The notes under the pieces: generated by a model
The model's input: the letters and a program-made list of their open reading frames with translations, nothing else
Told to the model about the DNA's origin: nothing
The model's database searches: none
Shown: in pieces, positions 19,273-29,148 of the stretch
Numbering within the stretch: the stretch's first letter is position 1
Layout: each line of letters opens with the position of its first letter
Assembly (NCBI GenBank): GCA_951828385.1
Contig: OX639973.1
Coordinates: 2,407,200-2,471,199, forward strand
Origin: an uncultured Poribacteria bacterium
GTDB taxonomy: Bacteria > Poribacteria > WGA-4E > WGA-3G
DNA: 64,000 nt
Reading direction: 5' to 3'
Position numbers and translations under genes: made by a program

Positions 19273-21348
19273 ATGGGGAATCGACATTTGGCAGGAAACA
19301 CGGCTGACGGCACCGCCCTCATCAGAACTGATCCGTTGCTGAAACCTTACACTGCCCAACTGCGCGAGCGGTTTGCGCACTATCAACGTTTCAAAGCAGA
19401 GATTGAGAAAACGGGTGGTGTATTAGGCAAGATTAGCCAAGGACACCAATATTTCGGTTTCAACCGTGGCGAACACGAAGGCGAAACCGGGGTCTGGTAC
19501 CGCGAATGGGCACCCGGTGCGGAGCGGCTTGCGCTCATCGGCGATTTTAACGACTGGTCGCGCGATGCGAACCCGATGTCCGTTGATGATTGGGGTGTGT
19601 GGCACATCTTTTTGCCTGACAGCGAATATGCTGATCGGTTCACACACGGCAGCCGCGTCAAGGTGCATGTTGTCAGTAGGGACGAGGTGACCTCGCCCCT
19701 ACGTGGACTTGATCGGATTCCGGCATATATCCAGCGCGTCGTTCAGGAAGGCGATGCTGATTTCGCAGGTCAGTATTGGGCACCACAGCATCCGTATCAG
19801 TGGCAGCACCGTGCACCCGATTTTGACATCAACGCTGAAGGATTGCGGATTTACGAAGCGCATGTCGGCATGGCGCAAGAAGCAGAGAAGGTCGGAACAT
19901 TTGTTGAGTTTACGCAAAACATCTTGCCCCGAATTGTGGATTTAGGCTATAACGCTGTGCAGCTAATGGCGGTGATGGAGCATCCGTATTATGCGAGTTT
20001 CGGGTATCACGTGAGCAACTTTTTCGCTGTCTCAAGCCGTTTCGGAACACCGGAGGAGCTCAAGGAGCTCATTGATACGGCGCACAGTATGGGGTTGCTG
20101 GTTATCATGGATCTGGTGCATAGCCATGCGGTTAAAAATCTCAACGAAGGGTTGAGCCGTTTTGATGGCACGGAACATCAGTATTTCCACGCCGGGGCGA
20201 AAGGTGAACACGTCGCATGGGATTCGCTATGCTTCGATTATAGCAAATACGAGGTACAACGTTTTCTACTGAGCAATATTCGCTACTGGTTAGAAACCTA
20301 TCGGTTTGACGGATTCAGATTTGATGGTGTCACGAGTATGCTCTATAGCGATCACGGGTTAGAACGAGAGTTCACGGGCTATGCCGATTACTTTGACACC
20401 GATGTTGAACTGGACGCTATCGCCTACCTGATGTTGGCGAATGCGGTTGTTCATGCTGTCAACCCGGCTGCTATTTCGATTGCTGAAGACATGAGCGGTA
20501 TGCCCGGCCTTGCACGTCCTACCGAAGAAGGTGGACTCGGCTTCGATTATCGGCTTGCAATGGGGATCCCAGATTATTGGATTCGGTTGTTGAAGGAGAA
20601 ACAGGACGAAGCGTGGCAGATCGGCGAGATTTACGGTATGCTACGCGACCGCCGTGCAGGTGAAAAACACATCGCTTACGTCGAAAGCCACGACCAGTCG
20701 ATCGTCGGCGATAAGACGCTTGCTATGCAACTCATGGACACTGAACTCTACACGAACATGAGTGTTTCCACGACGAGCCATCTGATTTCTCGCGGCGTTG
20801 CGCTCCATAAACTCATCCGACTCCTGACGTTTAGTTTAGGTGGCGAGGGGTATCTGAACTTTATAGGAAATGAGTTCGGACACCCTGAATGGGTTGATTT
20901 TCCACGCGCAGGAAACAATAACTCCTACAAGTATGCGCGCAGGCAGTGGCACCTCGTTGAAGATGACACCCTCCGTTACAAACATCTCAACACTTTTGAC
21001 CGCGCGATGCAGCACCTCGATGCAACCTACCATCTGCTTGCTGATGCGGATATTCAACTTTTATGTATTCATGAGGAAGCGAAACAGATCGTTTATGCGC
21101 GGGGTGGACTCGTCTTTGCTTTCAACTTTCATCCGACTGAATCTGTTACGGATTGGCGTATCCCTGTGCCTGAGAAGACGGATTACCGACGCGTTCTCAA
21201 TACCGATGATACGGCATTCGGAGGCTACGGTGCTGTAGAGGGTGTCCATTATCCGTGGCAAGATGTTGCGATAGAGGGGCAGGCGCAATCGATTCAACTC
21301 TATGTCCCTGCCCGAAGTGCGCAGGTGTTAGTATCTGGTCATAAATAG
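19273..21348 (+). CDS. glgB: 1,4-alpha-glucan branching enzyme (GH13, eukaryote/Bacteroidetes-like type)
   Basis: YREWAPGA, IYEAHVGM, FDGFRFDGVTSMLY, AEDMSGMP, ESHDQ, GNEFGHPEW motifs. Confidence 0.95.
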   Translation: MGNRHLAGNTADGTALIRTDPLLKPYTAQLRERFAHYQRFKAEIEKTGGVLGKISQGHQYFGFNRGEHEGETGVWYREWAPGAERLALIGDFNDWSRDANPMSVDDWGVWHIFLPDSEYADRFTHGSRVKVHVVSRDEVTSPLRGLDRIPAYIQRVVQEGDADFAGQYWAPQHPYQWQHRAPDFDINAEGLRIYEAHVGMAQEAEKVGTFVEFTQNILPRIVDLGYNAVQLMAVMEHPYYASFGYHVSNFFAVSSRFGTPEELKELIDTAHSMGLLVIMDLVHSHAVKNLNEGLSRFDGTEHQYFHAGAKGEHVAWDSLCFDYSKYEVQRFLLSNIRYWLETYRFDGFRFDGVTSMLYSDHGLEREFTGYADYFDTDVELDAIAYLMLANAVVHAVNPAAISIAEDMSGMPGLARPTEEGGLGFDYRLAMGIPDYWIRLLKEKQDEAWQIGEIYGMLRDRRAGEKHIAYVESHDQSIVGDKTLAMQLMDTELYTNMSVSTTSHLISRGVALHKLIRLLTFSLGGEGYLNFIGNEFGHPEWVDFPRAGNNNSYKYARRQWHLVEDDTLRYKHLNTFDRAMQHLDATYHLLADADIQLLCIHEEAKQIVYARGGLVFAFNFHPTESVTDWRIPVPEKTDYRRVLNTDDTAFGGYGAVEGVHYPWQDVAIEGQAQSIQLYVPARSAQVLVSGHK
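19676..19702. repeat. 27-bp GTAG...CTAC palindrome inside the glgB reading frame
   Basis: GTAGGGACGAGGTGACCTCGCCCCTAC; same length and ends as the intergenic GTAGGGGTTGGGTTACCCAACCCCTAC at 56483-56509. Confidence 0.7.
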
Positions 21349-21356
21349 TATTTGTT

Positions 21357-21385
21357 TTGACAATTAGATCTTTATGTGATATAAT
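21357..21385 (+). promoter_or_regulatory. Consensus sigma70 promoter of the PIN TA pair
   Basis: TTGACA-17nt-TATAAT with extended TG. Confidence 0.85.
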
Positions 21386-21403
21386 AGCCATAAGTTATAG
21401 ACA

Positions 21404-21880
21404 ATGCAAAAACGCATCTACATTGAAACAACAATTCCAAGTTCTTACTATACGTTGCGAACCGATGAAGAATCACTTATTAGACAGAAATTGACTCGGC
21501 AATGGTGGGATGAATATGCTAATCTTTTTACCCTGACTTCAAGTACTGCTGTGATTGATGAACTTGTGGAAGGCAGCAGGCAAGTAACATTAGATCGGCT
21601 TGCTTTACTTGATAGTGTTGAGATGTTTAATCCTACAGTTGAGAGTGTACAAATCTCGCAGATTTACATTGAAAAATTGATAATGCCGCAAAAACCAGGA
21701 GGTGACGCGCTTCACTTAGCGATTGCATCGTTTCATCAAATAGATGTAATTCTTACATGGAATTGTATGCACCTTGCTAATCCTAATAAATTTGATTTTA
21801 TCGCTCGGATCAACACGGAATTGGGTTTAACAACTCCAGAATTAAAAACACCGCTTGATTATTTAGGAGGGATTACATAA
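21404..21880 (+). CDS. PIN-domain (VapC-like) toxin
   Basis: IYIETTIPS, V.DEL, DALHLAIA, LTWNC.HLAN motifs. Confidence 0.85.
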   Translation: MQKRIYIETTIPSSYYTLRTDEESLIRQKLTRQWWDEYANLFTLTSSTAVIDELVEGSRQVTLDRLALLDSVEMFNPTVESVQISQIYIEKLIMPQKPGGDALHLAIASFHQIDVILTWNCMHLANPNKFDFIARINTELGLTTPELKTPLDYLGGIT

Positions 21881-21881
21881 A

Positions 21882-22118
21882 ATGGTAAAGCGAGAGGATC
21901 TATTAAGACCAGAAATGAATGAAGTCGTTAAGGAAGTTCGCGAAATGCGGATGAAAATTTCAGAAAAATGCGGACACGATCTTAATCGTTTATTTGCATA
22001 CTACCAAAAAGTAGGTGAGGAAATGCGGAAGTCCGGTAAGTATAAGTTCGTCAATCCGGAACCGCCTGCTGAGAAACCCGCGCCCACAGAATCGCCTCGT
22101 GGTGAAACTGCAGATTAA
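21882..22118 (+). CDS. Small putative antitoxin downstream of the PIN gene
   Basis: 78 aa, GGAGG RBS, EVVKEVRE.R.KIS...GHDL pattern typical of partners of this PIN subtype. Confidence 0.6.
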   Translation: MVKREDLLRPEMNEVVKEVREMRMKISEKCGHDLNRLFAYYQKVGEEMRKSGKYKFVNPEPPAEKPAPTESPRGETAD

Positions 22119-22231
22119 GATGTTGTATTACCTTTGCCCGAATACGTGCCGTATGGACGGTGTTTTCCTCCTCGGAAAACTAGGGCCAGCCAACCGTGAC
22201 CTCTATCGCTACGGTATGTCTATGTTGGGTT

Positions 22232-22259
22232 GCTGGAGCCAGACACTCCAGCTTTTTTT
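22232..22259 (+). terminator. Intrinsic terminator
   Basis: GCTGGAG-7nt-CTCCAGC followed by T7. Confidence 0.8.
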
Positions 22260-22339
22260 ATACGTGCATTTCGTGATAGGCGCGCTGCTGACACGGTTTG
22301 TAGCCGCGTGTCTTGAGCGCGCCAAACCGAAACTTTCTA

Positions 22340-23179
22340 TCACGTCGTATTATTATCCAATGAATACTCACGGTTTCCACCGGGCCCGCCACCGATTGCC
22401 CATGTACCACGGAACAACGATTGCCGCTTCGGTGGCATCGTTTCGATGACTTCATGGCTCAGGTTCAACCGATGCCACTGCGCCCAAATGGAGTTATAGC
22501 AATTGAAAACCGCGCATCGGGGGTTTGAAGGATTCGTCCAATCATTCGCGGCATGCACAAGGCTTTCAGTGAAAATGACAACAGAACCCGGTGGGCAGCT
22601 ATAGTCGTCCATCATCTCGCGCATGCTCCCCTCCCAAGGCGATTCGCCGATATTCGGTCGATACTTGTCGGGACCGCCGTAGTTGAAATGCGCTTTATGG
22701 GACCCACTGAGGAAAGAAGTAGCACCTTGTCCTGCCTTCACCTCTTCAAGTTCCCAAACGACGCGCGTCAACCCCGCGAAGATCTTTCCACCAGCCACCT
22801 GATACCGCATCGCATTTGCCTGTTGTGGTGGACGCACGACGTGTGGTAGCCCGTTATCGCCGCGTTCGGATATGCTCCAACCGGGGGGACGAACCGTCGT
22901 GAAAGACCCTTCACATCGGAATCCGTAGCAGTCGTCGCGCACAAAAGGATCCTCGGACAGAATCTCATTCAGAACGCCGACAATTGCTGGATGGTCGAGC
23001 AGACTCTGTAGGGCACCTTGATAACTCTGTCTCGCACCTGCATACACTTCCGCTTTCATCTCTTCGATTTCTGAGTCCGATAATATTGATGGCAATAAAA
23101 TCCAACCGCGGAGATCGAAGAAGAATTTCTGCTCCGGTGTCATCGGAATCGTTGCATCATTTGATGTTTCTTTTGCCAT
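22340..23179 (-). CDS. Phytanoyl-CoA dioxygenase (PhyH)-like protein
   Basis: EQKFFFDLRGW, GSHKA, PGSVVIFTESLVHA, R.AVF; AGGAGA RBS before ATG 23179. Confidence 0.85.
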   Translation of the reverse strand: MAKETSNDATIPMTPEQKFFFDLRGWILLPSILSDSEIEEMKAEVYAGARQSYQGALQSLLDHPAIVGVLNEILSEDPFVRDDCYGFRCEGSFTTVRPPGWSISERGDNGLPHVVRPPQQANAMRYQVAGGKIFAGLTRVVWELEEVKAGQGATSFLSGSHKAHFNYGGPDKYRPNIGESPWEGSMREMMDDYSCPPGSVVIFTESLVHAANDWTNPSNPRCAVFNCYNSIWAQWHRLNLSHEVIETMPPKRQSLFRGTWAIGGGPGGNREYSLDNNTT

Positions 23180-23299
23180 TGAAATCTCCTTCATAGTTAT
23201 TAACAAGCTCTCTATGAACCACAACTGTTATAAATCGGGGTTACAAACCCCTCCTACAAGAACGCTCACACATAGGTGGCAACTTAATTGCTCTCAGAA

Positions 23300-24160
23300 C
23301 TATGTGGTGTTATTATCCAATGAATACTGGCGGTTCCCGCCGGGACCACCACCAATTGCCCATGTTCCACGGAATAAAGATTGGCGTTTCGGCGGCATCT
23401 TTTCTATAACCTCATGACTTAGATTCAACCGAAACCATTGCGCCCATATCGAGTTGTAACAATTAAACACAGCACAACGCGGATTGTCAGGGTTCGTCCA
23501 GTTGTTGGTAGCATGTACAACGCTTTCAGTGAAAATAAGCAGCGACCCAGGCGGACAACTATAGTCCTCCATCATATCCTTTATCTTATTCTCCCAACGG
23601 GATTCACTAATATTCGGACGGTACGGGTCGGGTCCACCATAGTTGAAATGCGCCTTATGAGACCCACTCAAAAAAGTAGTACCTCCCTGTCCAGCTTTCA
23701 CCTCTTCAAGTTCCCAAATCACACGTGTGAGTCCTGCGAATATCTTTCCACCGGCGACCTGATACCGCACTGCATTTGCTTTTTGTGGAGGCCGTACGAC
23801 ATGCGGCACCGCAGTACCACTATCAGAAGCAGTGCTCCAGCCGGGTTTCCTGACGGTCGTAACCGAATTCTCACATCGAAAGCCGTAGCAATCGTCAAAA
23901 ATAAAGCGTTCATCAGCAAGGATTTCGTTGAGAATACCGACAAGAGCAGGATGATCCAGTAAATTCTGGAGTGCGCCTTGATAACTATGTCTGGCACCTG
24001 CATAGACTTCCGCTTTCATCTCTTCGATTTCCGACGCTGATAATACCGATGGCAATAAAATCCAACCCCGTAAGTCGAAGAAAAACTTCTGTTCAGGGGT
24101 CATCAATTTCTCTCCCGGAGACAACGGCATTGGATCATTAGAATCACGGACCTCTTTCAT
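23300..24160 (-). CDS. PhyH-like protein, tandem paralogue
   Basis: Colinear with 22340-23179 and nearly identical at the C-terminus. Confidence 0.85.
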   Translation of the reverse strand: MKEVRDSNDPMPLSPGEKLMTPEQKFFFDLRGWILLPSVLSASEIEEMKAEVYAGARHSYQGALQNLLDHPALVGILNEILADERFIFDDCYGFRCENSVTTVRKPGWSTASDSGTAVPHVVRPPQKANAVRYQVAGGKIFAGLTRVIWELEEVKAGQGGTTFLSGSHKAHFNYGGPDPYRPNISESRWENKIKDMMEDYSCPPGSLLIFTESVVHATNNWTNPDNPRCAVFNCYNSIWAQWFRLNLSHEVIEKMPPKRQSLFRGTWAIGGGPGGNRQYSLDNNTT

Positions 24161-24197
24161 AACAATCAAATCCTTTTATCGGTAAACTGTCCAAATA

Positions 24198-25955
24198 TTA
24201 CAATGCCTGTTTCAATCCAGGCAAGAAATAATCCTTAACGACAACCTCCCAGCTCATCCGGGAGGCGATGTCGTAGCCTTCTCGCAGCATATCCTCTACG
24301 TCACGGGGTTTACGCGGCAAACGTCCTAAGAGTTTCGCAGCGATGTCCCGACTATTTTCCATTTCAATGGCGTTCCGTTCTGCTAAGCCGATATGCAGCA
24401 CATCGTCTAACGACTTCGGTGGAATCTGTAGCTGCGTATAGTCGGCAACGACAACATTCGGGACTTCGCGGTTGTCGGTGGCACGTTGAATGAAACCGCA
24501 ACATCCACACACATTGCTAACGACGCAAATTGCGCCGAAACTCAACGGCTCCACTTGGGCGATCCCGAAGGGTTCATAAATAGACTGCCCAAATTCCGCA
24601 TCACTCCCCTTGCGGATGTCCATAAATTCCATCTCTACCGGCATCCGTTTTCCGCAAGTGGCTTGGCTCCAGCCAAACTGATTGACAAAAATCACTTTGA
24701 TCGCCTTAGATTGTAGGTTGAAAGCGGAGACACCGTTGTTCAATTCGATTTCTGCGCCGACCAAATCCGGATAACCGATTTTATGATACATGGGCCAGCC
24801 GTATGCTTCCTCCATTTCGAGAATACTTTTGTTCGTTCGCCCGGTCGCAATTTCTGTGGAGAGGATGAACAGCACAGCGGTTTTATCGTTAGAAGCGAGC
24901 AAGGCATCAAGATGCATGAGTACCTGTAAATCGCGCCACAAGCCTTTGCTTTTAACGAGCCGCGTTACGTGTGTGAAAACGTAATCGGGGCGATAATCTA
25001 ACAGCGTTTTCGCATATTTTTGGAGCAGTGCCTTTGATGTCAATTTTTCCTGCAGGCTCACCTCAAACGCAGGGATGCCGTTGTAAACAAGGTTAATCGG
25101 AAAGTCCTCAAACGGTTTTGCTAAGAATCGGAGTTCGTCTACGACGAGATCGCCAACGGCGAAGATGGTATCACAAAGGTGTGCTTTATCAATCAAGGCG
25201 TGCTTGAAGTACCAGAACGGATCGTCGAAAACATCGCGGATGGATTGCCCTTGCGCTTTTGCCTGATCTAAGGCGTTGTAAAAACGGACATCGTGTCCCG
25301 GGTGTCCTTCAACAATAGGACGGACCGTTGCTACTTCGTGCGCGTAGAAGACCGTACGCATATTCTGCGCCCCACCTACACCACCGTTGTTTTTCCGTTC
25401 AATAAGCACCTTGAGCGCAAGGGGCATGCCCATGAATTCGTGCGAGATGATAAACACAGGGGTCGTTGTCTCTTTACCGATCATTGCCTGCAGCGCAGCA
25501 TAAGCGGGTTCGGCGAGACGTACATATTCCTCGAATTCCCATTCGCTCTCATAACGACTGGATTCGATTTGGAAGTGTTCATAGAGTTGCCATTTGAATT
25601 GTCCAGTCAGTGCTTCGTTGCTGCTGGATACGTTCACCAAGACGACATCCGTGAGGATTGTAACTTTCTGATTTTTGTCCTCAAATTGCCGTTGTCCATA
25701 GACGAGTTCTACATGATAGGTCTGTTCAATCTCGCTGAGCGCCTTTGCGTGGGGTGTATCTGTTATCCCACTGCTCGCGTGGTAGAGGAGGGTATCTAAT
25801 CCCTCTAAATCGGCACCCGAAAAGAGGGGACCGACGAGAAAGGTGCGCTCAATCGCTTCATTGTAGCTGCGGGTTGTCAATAACCCTTCCAAAACTGCAC
25901 CGATGCCCCCCATTTTTTGGATGGCTTCGTGTGTGACGTGAACAACAATACTCAA
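24198..25955 (-). CDS. Glycogen-synthase-like glycosyltransferase (GT-B), atypical
   Basis: HEAIQKMGGIGAV (KxGG), SHEFMG, S.YEPFGI; TTG start with GAGGT RBS; divergent from glgP. Confidence 0.75.
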   Translation of the reverse strand: MSIVVHVTHEAIQKMGGIGAVLEGLLTTRSYNEAIERTFLVGPLFSGADLEGLDTLLYHASSGITDTPHAKALSEIEQTYHVELVYGQRQFEDKNQKVTILTDVVLVNVSSSNEALTGQFKWQLYEHFQIESSRYESEWEFEEYVRLAEPAYAALQAMIGKETTTPVFIISHEFMGMPLALKVLIERKNNGGVGGAQNMRTVFYAHEVATVRPIVEGHPGHDVRFYNALDQAKAQGQSIRDVFDDPFWYFKHALIDKAHLCDTIFAVGDLVVDELRFLAKPFEDFPINLVYNGIPAFEVSLQEKLTSKALLQKYAKTLLDYRPDYVFTHVTRLVKSKGLWRDLQVLMHLDALLASNDKTAVLFILSTEIATGRTNKSILEMEEAYGWPMYHKIGYPDLVGAEIELNNGVSAFNLQSKAIKVIFVNQFGWSQATCGKRMPVEMEFMDIRKGSDAEFGQSIYEPFGIAQVEPLSFGAICVVSNVCGCCGFIQRATDNREVPNVVVADYTQLQIPPKSLDDVLHIGLAERNAIEMENSRDIAAKLLGRLPRKPRDVEDMLREGYDIASRMSWEVVVKDYFLPGLKQAL

Positions 25956-26056
25956 ATTTTTACCTCGTTTAGCGTTTTTTATATAGGCCTGCAAGTAAAG
26001 TCGTAAAAGAATAAAAAATAATAAAGACGGTTCAGTAATCATATATCCGTTGCGAA

Positions 26057-26086
26057 ATTATAACACAATATTGAAATAGATGTCAA
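26057..26086 (-). promoter_or_regulatory. sigma70 promoter for the glycosyltransferase
   Basis: TTGACA-18nt-TATAAT on the minus strand. Confidence 0.75.
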
Positions 26087-26109
26087 ATTCGTGTCAGCGT
26101 CTATTACCC

Positions 26110-26138
26110 TTGACAACCTTACCGAAAGTAACTATAAT
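26110..26138 (+). promoter_or_regulatory. sigma70 promoter for the wHTH-glgP operon
   Basis: TTGACA-17nt-TATAAT. Confidence 0.85.
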
Positions 26139-26264
26139 ATATCTTGAAACCTTGTGCGACATCTTTTGATTTTGTATAAGAAATTTTCGGCGTAAACTGC
26201 GCAAGGCATCGGTTAAAATGTATTCAAAAAACCCCTCAATTTTTATATGCTTTTGGAGGTAGCA

Positions 26265-26489
26265 ATGTTAGAGAATATTGGAAGCGTAGCGGGTGCTATA
26301 TGGCACTACCTTGAAATTAACAACGAAGCCAGCGTTACAAAATTGACACGCGAACTCGGCGAGACCGAACGCACCGTTCTCATGGCGATCGGTTGGCTTG
26401 CCCGTGAAGGCAAATTAGATTTCGAGAAACGGAAACAGGGCACCTACATCACACTCAAAACACAACAACCAGACGCAGCAGCGGCATAG
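26265..26489 (+). CDS. Small winged-helix protein (DUF2582-like)
   Basis: IG..AG.IW.YL and MAIGWLAREGK motifs; GGAGGT RBS. Confidence 0.8.
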   Translation: MLENIGSVAGAIWHYLEINNEASVTKLTRELGETERTVLMAIGWLAREGKLDFEKRKQGTYITLKTQQPDAAAA

Positions 26490-26515
26490 ATCTTGGAAGG
26501 AGAATGGAATTATAA

Positions 26516-29113
26516 ATGAAGCCACTTCGCCAACTAACAGTGGTGCCTACCTTACCCGCGAATCTTGAACCTCTGCGTGAACTTGCTTTAAACCTGTGGT
26601 GGACCTGGGACCGTGAAGCCTTGGATCTGTTTCATCATCTCGATGCGGAATTATGGGAAAAAACCTATCATAACCCTGTCGCGATGCTCGGTCAGATCTC
26701 ACAAGAACGGTTGGATGCGACTTCAAAAAACAGCGTGTTCCTTGCACGGCTTGAGGTCATCCACAAGAAGTTTAGAGAATACCATAAAACCCCTGCATGG
26801 TTTGAGACAAATTACAAAGATGGGACGCTCAGCAACTTAACAATCGCCTACTTTTCAATGGAGTACGGGTTGACAGAATGCATGCCACTCTACTCTGGTG
26901 GTTTAGGGGTCTTAGCAGGCGATCATCTAAAATCGACGAGTTACTTAGGACTCCCTTTCGTCGCAGTTGGACTGCTCTATCAACACGGCTACTTCCGCCA
27001 GACGCTTACGGCAGATGGCTGGCAGATGGCAGATTACCCAACCAATGACTTTTACAATATGCCGATTCAGCCTGTGAAACTTGCTGATGGGTCCCCACTT
27101 TTAGTGGAAGTCGAATATCCAGAAGGTCCAGCGATCGCCAAAGTTTGGTGTGCGCGAGTCGGCCGTGTCCCTCTATATCTGTTGGATACAAATATCCCCG
27201 AAAATCAGAACGAGGAATTACGGAGCATCACTGATTATCTATACGGTGGTGATGAACGTCTCCGCATCAAACAGGAGATTTTGCTCGGCATTGGTGGCTA
27301 CCGTGCCTTAACAGCCCTCGGTATCCAACCGACTGTCTGCCACATGAATGAGGGGCACGCTGCGTTCCTCGCAATTGAGCGTATCCGGCAGATGATGTCG
27401 CAGACAGGGGTACGTTTTGAAGAAGCCTGTGAGGCGACAAAAGCAGGCAATATCTTCACGACGCATACGCCTGTTCCGGCTGGTATCGACTGGTTTCCAC
27501 CCGATTTAGTCAATCACTACTTCAGTGGTTATTACGGCGAACTCGGTATCTCTACGGAAACCTTTCTCGGTCTCGGTAGAGCCAATCCATCGAATACGCA
27601 CAGTGAATTTAGTCCTGCACTCCTCGCACTCCGGCTCTCCGCGATGTGTAACGGCGTGAGCCAACTGCACGGAGAGGTTGCCCGCGAGATGTGGAAAGAC
27701 CTCTGGCCCGGTACGCCTGTACATGAAGTGCCTATTAGTGCCATTACAAACGGAATTCACACCCGTTCTTGGGTCTCTGGTGATATGCAGAGTCTTTTTG
27801 ACAGGTACCTCGGTCCCCGCTGGATTGTGGAACTCACGAATCAAGCGGTCTGGACACAAATCTCACAGATACCAGACCCCGAACTGTGGCGAACGCACGA
27901 ACGAAGGCGTGAGCGTCTGATTACGTTCGCGCGTCAACGGCAGGAACAGAAGCAGGCACTCGGGGGTAGCATTTCCAAGCGTCCGCAAGAGAGTGACACG
28001 ATGGCAACGAAAATTCTCAATTCAGCGGCGTTGACCATTGGCTTTGCGCGCCGGTTTGCGACCTATAAACGCGCGACCTTGCTGTTCCACGATGTTGACC
28101 GACTTGATAAGATTCTCAATCACCCGGAACGTCCGGTTCAACTCATTTTTGCGGGGAAAGCACACCCGCATGACTATGAGGGGAAGTTGCTTATCCAGCG
28201 GATCGCTCGGATCGCTGCAGAACCGCGGTTTTATCACAAAATCGTCTTCATTGAGAACTACGATATTTGTGTCGGACGGTATCTCGTTGAAGGTGTTGAT
28301 GTATGGCTTAACAACCCGTTACGCCCGAATGAAGCGAGCGGTACGAGCGGTATGAAAGCTGCTGCCAACGGAGTCCTGAATCTCAGCATCGCAGATGGCT
28401 GGTGGGCTGAAGCGAATCATTTGGGCGGTGGGTGGACGATTGACACGGGCCCCGTGCCAGAGGATTCCAAATCCACCAACAAAGCGCACGCCAATGCTAT
28501 TTACGATCTCCTTGAAAACGAGATTGTGCCGCTCTTTTACCAGCGTAGCCCGGTTGATGATGTGCCTCACGAATGGGTTGCCCGGATGAAGACTGCGATG
28601 CAGAATCTTGCCCCACTTTTCAATACGAAACGGATGGTGTCGGCGTACGCAGAACAATTATATTTTCCAGCGCATCGGCGTTGGCAAGAACTCAATGCCT
28701 CTGAGGCGAAACGCAGTATTGCCTTCGCGCGCTGGAAAACCCACATCCGAGACCACTGGCGGGACCTTCGCGTTGAGGAAAAGCATACCAATGCGAAAAC
28801 CGCTGCTGCACAAAACGCTGAGCTTGGGGTGGGTGAGTCCACGACGGTGCAAGCCGTCGTCCGAACCGACGTGTTGTTTCCGCACGAACTCGCTGTTCAA
28901 ATCTACCACGGTGTATTAGATGAAGCAGGCGAAATTCATAATGGGACTGTGAGTCCAATGCTGTATAAGGACGACCTCGGGAGCGGCACCTATCTTTTTG
29001 AAGGGATGCTGACCTTGAAACAGACAGGCTTGCACGGCTATACTGTGCGCGCCTTGCCCAACCATGAGGATCTGCAATCGCCGCACGAACTTGGGCTTAT
29101 AACATGGGCTTAA
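26516..29113 (+). CDS. glgP: Alpha-glucan (glycogen) phosphorylase
   Basis: YSGGLGVLAGD, HMNEGH, FARRFATYKR, EASGTSGMK (PLP lysine). Confidence 0.95.
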   Translation: MKPLRQLTVVPTLPANLEPLRELALNLWWTWDREALDLFHHLDAELWEKTYHNPVAMLGQISQERLDATSKNSVFLARLEVIHKKFREYHKTPAWFETNYKDGTLSNLTIAYFSMEYGLTECMPLYSGGLGVLAGDHLKSTSYLGLPFVAVGLLYQHGYFRQTLTADGWQMADYPTNDFYNMPIQPVKLADGSPLLVEVEYPEGPAIAKVWCARVGRVPLYLLDTNIPENQNEELRSITDYLYGGDERLRIKQEILLGIGGYRALTALGIQPTVCHMNEGHAAFLAIERIRQMMSQTGVRFEEACEATKAGNIFTTHTPVPAGIDWFPPDLVNHYFSGYYGELGISTETFLGLGRANPSNTHSEFSPALLALRLSAMCNGVSQLHGEVAREMWKDLWPGTPVHEVPISAITNGIHTRSWVSGDMQSLFDRYLGPRWIVELTNQAVWTQISQIPDPELWRTHERRRERLITFARQRQEQKQALGGSISKRPQESDTMATKILNSAALTIGFARRFATYKRATLLFHDVDRLDKILNHPERPVQLIFAGKAHPHDYEGKLLIQRIARIAAEPRFYHKIVFIENYDICVGRYLVEGVDVWLNNPLRPNEASGTSGMKAAANGVLNLSIADGWWAEANHLGGGWTIDTGPVPEDSKSTNKAHANAIYDLLENEIVPLFYQRSPVDDVPHEWVARMKTAMQNLAPLFNTKRMVSAYAEQLYFPAHRRWQELNASEAKRSIAFARWKTHIRDHWRDLRVEEKHTNAKTAAAQNAELGVGESTTVQAVVRTDVLFPHELAVQIYHGVLDEAGEIHNGTVSPMLYKDDLGSGTYLFEGMLTLKQTGLHGYTVRALPNHEDLQSPHELGLITWA

Positions 29114-29148
29114 CGGTATACCTCCGGTCTCTTGGGCGGGGGGTTTGC

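Noticed and set aside
22015-22449. 144-aa plus-strand ORF
   Set aside because: Runs through a terminator and overlaps two better-supported genes
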